40,602 nucleotides of DNA, taken from NCBI GenBank assembly GCA_017440085.1, contig JAFSHW010000036.1, forward strand, positions 1-40,602. Direction: 5' to 3'. Origin of the DNA: Clostridia bacterium. GTDB lineage: Bacteria > Bacillota > Clostridia > Oscillospirales > UBA644. Position numbers and translations under genes: made by a program. Of this stretch, positions 25,901 through 34,235 are shown piece after piece; the first letter of the stretch is position 1, and every line of letters begins with the position of its first letter. Below the pieces are notes generated by a model that was given only the letters and a program-made list of their open reading frames with translations, ran no database searches and was not told the DNA's origin.

Positions 25901-27984
25901 GCGCACTTTCCGAACAGGAAGATTATGAACCTTACATTCTCATTAAGAATGACCGAGTAGAAATCATTATCGATAGCAAAATGGGTACTATCCTAAAGTT
26001 CGCTATTGACGGTGAAAACGTATTTGCAAATTCCGCTGCAAACTCCAGCCCCGAATTTGTTCTTTACAGAAATCCCACCGGCGGAGACCTTCTTTCTGAC
26101 GTAACATCTAAAGAAAATTCCGATATTATTTCTCTCAGCAGAAACGGTGATACTTACCACAAGCTTATAGATGCTGTTAAAGTAAATCAGATTTCTGAAA
26201 ACCATTACCAAGTTGCTCTTAATTACGCACTGGTTACTTACGATTATGAGCTCTTCTCTTCTGTAAGCGCAAACGCTAACCTCGCTGTAACATACGATAT
26301 CTTCGGCAACGGTGAAATCGTTATCAGCTACGCTTATGACCCCACAGTTCTTACAGGTATTCCTTCTGAAATCGCAAATATCGTTGTATTTGATAAGGGA
26401 TATGATACTTTCTCTTGGTACGGCAGAGGCCTTGGCGAAAGCTATTCTGACAGACTTGCAGATACAAGAGTAAGCATTTATGAAAACGTTGATGTTTCAG
26501 AACTTATTTCTACCAGATACGTTTATAACGCAGGTACAGGCGACAGAAGTGATGTAAGATGGGTAAAACTTGCAGGCGAAGAAAAGACTCCCGTTCTTAT
26601 TTCCAGCACTTCCGGCAACTTTGCATTTAATGCAAGCTATACAAACGGACTTTCTGCTTCTGATTATGCAAGAAACGTTTCTGCAGGCGATATATTCCTC
26701 AGAATTATTGCTGAACAGAGAGGTGTTTCCGCAGGCAACGTTGTTGATGCAAACAACTACGATGCAGATAACATTATCGAACCCGGTTCTTGCGTAGAAT
26801 TCTCTTACAGAATTAAACCTCTTGCAAATAATGAAGATGAAATGGCTGCAGCTAAAACTTACATTAAAGTTGACGCTCCTTCCGTTGACAGAGCTTCTAT
26901 TGAAAGCGGCAAAGATTACTCCATTACTTCCATTGCTTCCGGTACTGAATACCTTACAGTTGCAAACGGATCAGTATCTCTTGAAGCAGGTAAGGGTAGT
27001 GACGGTCAGCTTTGGAAATTGACTGAAGATAGCTCTACAGGTTTCGATGCAATCAGACTTGAAAATGTTGCATACGACGGAATTATTTCTCCTCCTTACG
27101 CTGTATATGACGAATCCAGAACAGCTATCGACGTTGGTCTTGGCCAGTATGCAAAAGCTCGTCACTGGGCTAATTGGCAGCATATTGATGATCAGCTTAA
27201 ACCACTTTCCGTTGGTTGGGCACTCATTCCTATGAATGAAGAAATCGGTTCTCACGTAGTTCTTCAGGATCCCAAACATCTCGAAGGCAACAAACTTGCT
27301 CAGTGGGATCTTATCGAAGTTGACGCTGATGAAAACCTCTACGTAATTCAGAATAAGAAGACAGGCGATCTCTTAACTGTAATTGATGAACTTACTTACA
27401 GGAATGCAATCGTTGAAATTCTTGCTGACAGAAAGCTTAACTATGCAGGTACTATCGACTGGAACAGCTTTGCTGCTATGGATGCAACCGCATACGTAGA
27501 TAACGGTTCCGGCGGTACAAACAACTGGGCTAAGCTTGAAAAGAGCCTTACAATCTGGAACGCTCTTCCCTCTGATAGCCAGAAATGGACTTTCACTCAA
27601 GTCTCAGTAGGTGAATTTACAATCACAAATAAAGACACTGGTCTTGCTCTTACTTACGACGGTGAAGTTCTTTCCGAACAGACTGCTAACGGCAATGCTA
27701 ACCAGATTTGGGCAGTTATTGACGATAACGGTGTTTACGGCCTCGTAAACAAAGCAAACGGCGGCGCACTTACGCTCGATACATTGCGTGTTCCTCTTAC
27801 AGAAGAAGAACTTGCAGCTATCTACGTAACTGTTGAAGACGATAAATACAAGGAAATCACAGTTCTTACTGTTCAGCCTTGGGCAGGTCTTGCAACTCAG
27901 AAATGGTATATCGAATCTGATGCAGACAGAGAAATCGTTATCGAAGCAGGCGATAGCTGGTACCTTGACCCCGTTGTTGAATAA
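22969..27984 (+). CDS. Large LacZ-like (GH2) lipoprotein with C-terminal ricin-type lectin repeats; active site appears degenerate
   Basis: SD GGAGG then ATG 22969; lipobox-like VAAC; LacZ landmarks SLNGTWDF, DGVSSA.YVYVNG, WSAENPYLY, LCDEYGIYV, RDKNAPSVIMWGLGNESG, WYGRG..ESYSDR; QxW repeats (GQLW, SQKW, NQIW, TQKW) at the C-terminus. Confidence 0.9.
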   Translation: MNKRLKIVLCTGLLIVMLLSVAACGKVTGLVETYDEWKTDVASRNKEAASSILVSYDDLNTAASADITKSSYYLSLNGTWDFAYTQNAASVPADFMKLDFVYPDPNTASVSGKTEILYWDKINVPGTFEMQGYGNPVYLESAYAWSSEIRPTKVPETENPIGLYRTTVSIPENWDGREVYITLDGVSSACYVYVNGEMVGYGQDTYSSKTFRITDFVKAGEEALVAVKVFKYSYASWIEAQDVIRFGGIFDDVYLSSSPKVSIKDISIDSGLDSEFVNATMLVNVDVVSYVESNDGYSLEIQVLDQEGKPFIAARKLGSSVTFKDTKDAGSNYFKAASGGRVSAEAPIKWSAENPYLYTAVITLKNADGEAVDVKSVRFGYCKAGYAVDDEGNQSFTMNGEKVKLYGVVYNEFNAATGSYVPYEQKVEDVKALKAMNVNAVRSPGVPFSSEFIALCDEYGIYVVSDINLESEPYSAKGDATIPGNQTIWQNILVDRLYNVVERDKNAPSVIMWGLGNESGQGSSFKSLRSVLQGLDKRLIVYDGDTQYSDLVVANDWDFSKLNEVLNDTENKKPVLLESFDIGLLNGGGNISSLVSLIDSSDKVQGGFFSYFIDKALYWPKDSANAATILKEKPYATNSAEYQLTYSGSWGESLSDSYKGLTGLLTANRTWQPEAYEFKNVFSPIAVSAVDVKNGKFSVTNRLNFTAFEDAYEVIWEVYKEAELVKSGKVEGLSILPGESAEFTVDYGTLAANVDYFVDIRVVTLNETKWNDLTDGVVASWQYDITGYEALPLTGGEETDFGDALEVEIIEKPEVVTTVLDIAKGYIYVSNNFSENLGDIFDCTFELIETNNFWKKPRPVVISSGTVDLDIPAYSQDVKVQLVYDNEQKAVEGGDYLVKVKFVAKKALGDIPAGYTFVWNFDDSTLGAPIPFEVDKSRTPVQDKNEDGSPKIDGKGNPIMIGGDVEPETVPEVDVNDSALSEQEDYEPYILIKNDRVEIIIDSKMGTILKFAIDGENVFANSAANSSPEFVLYRNPTGGDLLSDVTSKENSDIISLSRNGDTYHKLIDAVKVNQISENHYQVALNYALVTYDYELFSSVSANANLAVTYDIFGNGEIVISYAYDPTVLTGIPSEIANIVVFDKGYDTFSWYGRGLGESYSDRLADTRVSIYENVDVSELISTRYVYNAGTGDRSDVRWVKLAGEEKTPVLISSTSGNFAFNASYTNGLSASDYARNVSAGDIFLRIIAEQRGVSAGNVVDANNYDADNIIEPGSCVEFSYRIKPLANNEDEMAAAKTYIKVDAPSVDRASIESGKDYSITSIASGTEYLTVANGSVSLEAGKGSDGQLWKLTEDSSTGFDAIRLENVAYDGIISPPYAVYDESRTAIDVGLGQYAKARHWANWQHIDDQLKPLSVGWALIPMNEEIGSHVVLQDPKHLEGNKLAQWDLIEVDADENLYVIQNKKTGDLLTVIDELTYRNAIVEILADRKLNYAGTIDWNSFAAMDATAYVDNGSGGTNNWAKLEKSLTIWNALPSDSQKWTFTQVSVGEFTITNKDTGLALTYDGEVLSEQTANGNANQIWAVIDDNGVYGLVNKANGGALTLDTLRVPLTEEELAAIYVTVEDDKYKEITVLTVQPWAGLATQKWYIESDADREIVIEAGDSWYLDPVVE

Positions 27985-28000
27985 TAATTTAAACTTAATA

Positions 28001-28036
28001 AGGGCATTGAGTTTTACTCAGTGCCCTCTATTTTTT
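28001..28036 (+). terminator. Intrinsic terminator
   Basis: AGGGCATTGAGT-ttt-ACTCAGTGCCCT then CTATTTTTT. Confidence 0.8.
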
Positions 28037-28096
28037 ACAGGAAATTGAAACAATGACTTCGGATATGAACAAAAAATGAAAAATCGGCTTATCCTC

Positions 28097-28125
28097 TTGA
28101 AAAATCCTTAAAAAAGGTGTATTAT
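28097..28125 (+). promoter_or_regulatory. Sigma-A promoter for guaB
   Basis: TTGAAA-17 bp-TATTAT. Confidence 0.6.
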
Positions 28126-28202
28126 ATAGTATAATACCGATTTGGTTTTAATCGCAATTAGATCCTAAAATAATAAAGTAAAAGATATGAGGAAAGGAAT
28201 GA

Positions 28203-29687
<1,485 letters not shown>

Positions 29688-29710
29688 ATCAGAATAATTT
29701 AATATAAAAA

Positions 29711-29752
29711 TGAGCATACTTTTTACGGATGGTGAAAAGTATGCTCGTTTTG
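29711..29752 (+). terminator. Intrinsic terminator of guaB
   Basis: GAGCATACTTTT...AAAAGTATGCTC followed by GTTTTGTTT. Confidence 0.78.
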
Positions 29753-29809
29753 TTTATTTTCAGTCTTGCACTGACTGTTATTCACAGTATTTTATATTTG
29801 TATTTTATG

Positions 29810-29848
29810 AAAAAATAAAAGCACTTATGAGAGTATCATAAGTGCTTT
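29810..29848 (-). terminator. Intrinsic terminator of the Cys-rich gene
   Basis: AAAGCACTTATGA-gagta-TCATAAGTGCTTT with a long T run on the minus strand. Confidence 0.82.
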
Positions 29849-29861
29849 CAATCATTTTTGA

Positions 29862-30170
29862 TTATTCTTCGTCAGCTTTTTCATCTGCTGCGGGTTCTTC
29901 AGCTGCACATTCTTCGCAAGTGCATTCTGATTCTTCGCAACCGCAACCACAGCCGCATTCTTCGTGTTCTACTGCAAGGTAGTCGGGTTCGCAGCAATCA
30001 CATTCGTCATCGCAGCATTCATCGTCGCAGCAATCGCAATCACAGCAATCGTATTCTTCAAGCTCTTTCAATTCTTTCATATATTGAACAGCTTTATATG
30101 CAGCGTAAGCTGCTCCTGCAAGTGCGAGACCTGTAGCCATACCGAGTACAAAATTAGTTTTCTTTCCCAT
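29862..30170 (-). CDS. Small protein with N-terminal Gly/Ala-rich hydrophobic anchor and Cys/Asp/Glu-rich tail
   Basis: 102 aa; SD GAAAGGA; own consensus promoter and terminator; 17 Cys in the C-terminal ~60 aa. Function unknown. Confidence 0.85.
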   Translation of the reverse strand: MGKKTNFVLGMATGLALAGAAYAAYKAVQYMKELKELEEYDCCDCDCCDDECCDDECDCCEPDYLAVEHEECGCGCGCEESECTCEECAAEEPAADEKADEE

Positions 30171-30228
30171 AGGTAAAATTCCTTTCTCATTTATATTTAA
30201 TTTTTATCAATAACGGATTGATAAGAAT

Positions 30229-30257
30229 ATTATACCTTGAAAAATTTTTATTGTCAA
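30229..30257 (-). promoter_or_regulatory. Sigma-A promoter for the Cys-rich gene
   Basis: Minus strand TTGACA-17 bp-TATAAT, perfect consensus. Confidence 0.82.
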
Positions 30258-30293
30258 CCCGTTTTTCAAAAAGTGCTAATAATTTTGCTTTTA

Positions 30294-31970
30294 TCATACA
30301 ATTGCGTTCAGCTTTTTTATCATTTCTGCAAGTTTTCCATCTTCAAAGGGAAGTTTGAATCCTGCGCCTTTAACCAAATCAACGAAAGTTTTCGAGCCGC
30401 CTGCTTTGAGGAAATTATCGTAGTTTGCAAAAGCTTCACCGTAGTTTTCTTTTGATTGGATAAGGAAGTCGAAAGCGATGGTCTGAGCGAGGCAGTAATC
30501 AATGTAATAGAAGGGTCTTTCATAAATATGGCTCTGATATTGCCATCTGCCGCCGTCTTCCATATAGGTAATACCTTTGTTGGAAAGGTAGGGCCTGAAA
30601 ATTTCTTCAAGCTCAAGCCAAAGCTGTTTTCTTTCAGCGGGAGTCATTTCAGGATTTTCGTAAACCTTCTGTTGAAAATAATCTACCATTGTGCCGTAAG
30701 GCAAGAAGGTTATTGCGTTCAGCAGGTGCATATGTCTGTAATCGTTTGCTCTATCTCCAAAGAAAAGCTCCATCCATTTCCACGCAAAAAATTCCATTGA
30801 CATTGAGTGAACTTCACAGGTTTCCATTCCGCCTTGACGGAGTTCTGCCAAAATCCCTGAATTCATTGCTTTATATGAAGCAAGCGCATGCCCTGCCTCG
30901 TGAGTTAAGACGTCTACATCACCTGAAGTGCCGTCAAAGTTTGCGAAAATAAAGGGCATCTTGTAAGATGGAAGCTCTGTGCAGTAGCCACCGTTGCTCT
31001 TTCCTTCGCGGGCAATAACGTCGAAGAGGTCGTGGTCAAGCATAAATCGAATAAATTCACCCGTTTCCGCAGACATTTCTTCGTACATTTTTTTGCCGTT
31101 TGCAAACATTTCTTCAGCAGAACCGATTGGTTGAGGGTTGCCCTCTTTGATGTAAATATTGTCATCGTAGAGCATTATTTGGTCAATTCCCAATTCGTCG
31201 GCAATTTGCTTTTTCAATTTGCATACGAAAGGTACCCAATCTTTGATAAGCTGTTCTCTGAATTTTGCAATATCTTCCGGTGAGTAGCAGTTTCTGCCCA
31301 TACGGTAATAACCCAGTTCCACATAGTTTTTGTATCCCATTTTCTGAGCCATTCTCGTGCGGACTTTTACCATTTTGTCATAAATATCGTCGAACTTATC
31401 ACCGTTTTCTTTCATAAATTCACCGTGAGAGTTAAAAGCCTGTCGGCGAATTTCTCTATCAGGGCTATCTTTGTATTTACCCAACTGAGAAATGTTCAAT
31501 ATTTCACCGTTAAAAGGTATTTTTGCTGAAGAAAGCAGTCTTTTGTATTCAGTCTGGAGCTTGTTTTCTTCAACGCAATCCTCTTCGATGATGGGGTCAT
31601 ATGACTTTTTCAGTATTTCATAATTGGTGAAAATAAGGGGTGAAAACTCTTTTTCAAGATATTTTCTGTGGGGAGACTTAAGCATTGCTTCCGCAAAAAC
31701 AGTTTTCAGGCCTGTCATTACCGGTTCAGCTTCGTTGTAGAAATCCATTTCCTTAACGTAAAATTCATCGGTGGTATCCAAAGTGAATCTTATATATGCC
31801 AAAGATGCCATCGTGCCGATTTCTTCGTCAGTTTCGTTTACTTTTCTGTAAATTTCCGTCTGTTCTTCCGCGGTAACGCCTTCTTTTGTGAAAGCCTTTG
31901 TGTATTCAGCGTATTTAGCTTTCAATTCTTCAAGATTCGGGCGTTTGTATTCTATTTCAGAAATTTTCAC
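30294..31970 (-). CDS. M3-family oligoendopeptidase (PepF-like)
   Basis: HEAGH (HEXXH), EVHSMSMEF, GKSNGGYC, HIYERPFYYIDY. Start moved to GTG 31970 (KISEIEYKRP) because the ORF-track start lies inside the promoter. Confidence 0.93.
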   Translation of the reverse strand: MKISEIEYKRPNLEELKAKYAEYTKAFTKEGVTAEEQTEIYRKVNETDEEIGTMASLAYIRFTLDTTDEFYVKEMDFYNEAEPVMTGLKTVFAEAMLKSPHRKYLEKEFSPLIFTNYEILKKSYDPIIEEDCVEENKLQTEYKRLLSSAKIPFNGEILNISQLGKYKDSPDREIRRQAFNSHGEFMKENGDKFDDIYDKMVKVRTRMAQKMGYKNYVELGYYRMGRNCYSPEDIAKFREQLIKDWVPFVCKLKKQIADELGIDQIMLYDDNIYIKEGNPQPIGSAEEMFANGKKMYEEMSAETGEFIRFMLDHDLFDVIAREGKSNGGYCTELPSYKMPFIFANFDGTSGDVDVLTHEAGHALASYKAMNSGILAELRQGGMETCEVHSMSMEFFAWKWMELFFGDRANDYRHMHLLNAITFLPYGTMVDYFQQKVYENPEMTPAERKQLWLELEEIFRPYLSNKGITYMEDGGRWQYQSHIYERPFYYIDYCLAQTIAFDFLIQSKENYGEAFANYDNFLKAGGSKTFVDLVKGAGFKLPFEDGKLAEMIKKLNAIV

Positions 31971-32009
31971 TTGTATGCCTTCTTTCAAATGCAGTATTTT
32001 TATACACTC

Positions 32010-32038
32010 AGTATACCACATTATTATGAAAAAATCAA
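32010..32038 (-). promoter_or_regulatory. Sigma-A promoter for the M3 peptidase
   Basis: Minus strand TTGATT-17 bp-TATACT with TGTGg extension. Confidence 0.7.
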
Positions 32039-32052
32039 GGGGTTTTAGGTCT

Positions 32053-32781
32053 TTACATCAGCAACCGCAACTTTTCAATTATTTTCTTTTCTTTTCGGGA
32101 GACTTGAACTTGAGTCATACCTAAAATGTCTGCAGTTTCCTGCTGGGTTTTTGAAAGGAAATATCTTAGAGAGATCAACTTTCTTTCGTGGCTTTCAAGC
32201 TTTTGAAGGCTGTCTTTCAGCGCCATTTTATCAATATCCGGAAGGCTTCCTTCATCGCCCAGTACGTCAGAAAGAAAAATATCTCCATCAGAGCTTATTG
32301 GTTCGTCGAGAGAATCCGGTCTTCTTGCGGATTCCAAGGCTGCAATGATTTCTTCTTTTGCAATGCCCGTTTCTTTTTCTATTTCAGAAAGCGTTGGTTC
32401 TCTGTTTAATTTTGAAGTAAGCGTTTCGTTTGCTTTTTTTATAATCGAATACTGCTCTTTTATTTTTCTGCCGACTTTTACGGGGCCGTCGTCTCTTAGG
32501 AATTTCCGCATCTCACCGATTATCATAGGTACTGCATAGGTGCTGAACACAACGCCTCTTTCGGTGTCAAATCTTCGTAATGCTTTCAGTAGCCCTATTG
32601 AGCCTATTTGGCAAAGGTCTTCAAATTCAACTCTGTTGTGAGCCGCTTTGATTAAACGGTAAGCTGAAGCTCTTACCAACCCCATATTTTCTTCCAAAAT
32701 CTTTGCTTCCAGGGAAGTATCTCCGTTTTTATATTGAGCTATAAGTTCTGCGCTTTTGTATTCCGTCAAGGCTTCCGGCAT
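32053..32781 (-). CDS. sigF: Sporulation sigma factor F
   Basis: EDLCQIGSIGLLKA, FSTYAVPMIIGEMRKFLRDDGPVKV, TQQETADILGMTQVQVSRKEKKI; third gene of the spoIIA operon. Confidence 0.93.
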   Translation of the reverse strand: MPEALTEYKSAELIAQYKNGDTSLEAKILEENMGLVRASAYRLIKAAHNRVEFEDLCQIGSIGLLKALRRFDTERGVVFSTYAVPMIIGEMRKFLRDDGPVKVGRKIKEQYSIIKKANETLTSKLNREPTLSEIEKETGIAKEEIIAALESARRPDSLDEPISSDGDIFLSDVLGDEGSLPDIDKMALKDSLQKLESHERKLISLRYFLSKTQQETADILGMTQVQVSRKEKKIIEKLRLLM

Positions 32782-33197
32782 AAGACTTTCTCCATAGTAA
32801 CGGTAGTTCCTTTGCCCGGAACGGAGCGAACCTTCAGCTTGTCCGAAAATGTCTGCATTATGGTGAATCCCATACCTGCTCGATCCTCAGAGCCTGTGGT
32901 AAAGCAGGCTTCCATTGCTTGCTTAATATCGGGTATTCCTACGCCTCTGTCTCTTACTGTAATTCTGACTCTTCTGTTTTCGTATATGTAAACTGAAATT
33001 GCTATAATTCCTTCTTTTTCTGCGTAGCCGTGAACGATACTGTTGGTAACAGCTTCAGATACTATCGTTTTTATATCAGATATTTCTTCAAGTGTTGGGT
33101 CAAGCTGGGCAATAAATGCCGCAGTGCTTACCCTGGCGAAGCTTTCGTTTACGCTTCTGCTGGGGAAGGTTATTTGCATTTTATTTGCTAAACTCAT
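32766..33197 (-). CDS. spoIIAB: Anti-sigma F factor (Ser kinase)
   Basis: NESFARV, QLDPTLEEI.DIKT.VSEAVTNSIVHGY, DRGVGI, GMGFTIM. Confidence 0.97.
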   Translation of the reverse strand: MSLANKMQITFPSRSVNESFARVSTAAFIAQLDPTLEEISDIKTIVSEAVTNSIVHGYAEKEGIIAISVYIYENRRVRITVRDRGVGIPDIKQAMEACFTTGSEDRAGMGFTIMQTFSDKLKVRSVPGKGTTVTMEKVLCRKP

Positions 33198-33514
33198 TTT
33201 CTTTCAAATTCCTTTCTTCCTATAATATTCCAAACGCCTGAAACGTCGAAAATCCTTGATATTTGTGAATTGACTTTTGCCAGATTTACTACTCCACCGT
33301 ATTGCTTCATAAGTTTGTATCTTCCCAAAACTATTGCGATACCGCTACTGTCGCAAAAAGTGACCTGAGAAAAATCCAAAATAAGATTTTTAGGTAAGTA
33401 TTTAAAAATCAATTCGTCCGTTTGCTTTCGAATTTCCGACGCAGTGTGGTGGTCGATTTCACCTTTTATCATAACGGTTAATCCTTGTTTTTCGTCTATG
33501 GTGTATCCTATCAT
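33194..33514 (-). CDS. spoIIAA: Anti-sigma F factor antagonist
   Basis: STAS domain: GEIDHH, FCDSSG (phospho-Ser), LGRYK; SD GGAGG. Confidence 0.96.
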   Translation of the reverse strand: MIGYTIDEKQGLTVMIKGEIDHHTASEIRKQTDELIFKYLPKNLILDFSQVTFCDSSGIAIVLGRYKLMKQYGGVVNLAKVNSQISRIFDVSGVWNIIGRKEFERK

Positions 33515-33558
33515 TTTTATACCTCCGTGTTTTTAATGGTTATGTATTATTGTACCTC

Positions 33559-33590
33559 AGTTTTATTGAAAAAATACTCGAAATCCGTCA
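33559..33590 (-). promoter_or_regulatory. Possible sigma-H promoter of the spoIIA operon
   Basis: Minus strand GACGGATT...TAAAAC loosely resembles the sigma-H pattern known for spoIIA; position fits, match is weak. Confidence 0.3.
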
Positions 33591-33659
33591 GCTTTTTTAA
33601 TTTATTTTTAATGAGATTCTATTCCTAAAAATTGTCAATTTTCTTCCGAAATAATTTCG

Positions 33660-33709
33660 TTGACTTATCTATACATATGTGGTAGAATATACGTTAGTTA
33701 GAAAACTAA
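33660..33709 (+). promoter_or_regulatory. Sigma-A promoter plus putative MarR operator
   Basis: TTGACT-17 bp-TAGAAT (33660-33688) with TGg extension; palindrome TTAGTT-agaa-AACTAA (33694-33709) over the expected +1. Confidence 0.72.
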
Positions 33710-33732
33710 TTATTTTTGAAAGGGGGATTATA

Positions 33733-34212
33733 ATGAATAACCGCCACGGAGTTGAAAATGGATTTAAAAAAGAACATTTCGATAGGGAACACCGTGATTT
33801 GAAAGATGCTCCTATGGGAATAATTCTTAGGCACGCCGAGCATACACACGATATGCACGTAAGAGAAAGGCTTGATTCCTGCGGTATTACGAAGGCTTTT
33901 GGTCCTTTTTTAATGACTATTTCCAAAAATGAAGGCTCAACTCAAGCGGAAATAGCTGATAAAATGCATTTTACTGCGGCAACTGTAAGCGTCACGCTTC
34001 AAAAAATGTTGGATTCAGGGTATATTACTAAAATTGCCGACGATTCAGACAGCCGACAGGTTCGAATTTATTTAACTGAAAAAGGCAAAGAAAAATCACA
34101 AGAAATGCATTCAATATTCAGAGAACTGGAAGAAAAATTGGTAGAACCTCTTACCGAAGAGGAAAAAACCGAGCTTCGCAGGCTTCTTCTGAAAATAACA
34201 GAAAGAAAGTAA
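33733..34212 (+). CDS. MarR-family transcriptional regulator
   Basis: GSTQAEIA..TAATVSVTLQKM..GYI..D..DSRQVRIYLTEKG; start moved to ATG 33733 (SD AGGGGG). Confidence 0.93.
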   Translation: MNNRHGVENGFKKEHFDREHRDLKDAPMGIILRHAEHTHDMHVRERLDSCGITKAFGPFLMTISKNEGSTQAEIADKMHFTAATVSVTLQKMLDSGYITKIADDSDSRQVRIYLTEKGKEKSQEMHSIFRELEEKLVEPLTEEEKTELRRLLLKITERK

Positions 34213-34235
34213 TACATAAGGAGATAATTCATCAG

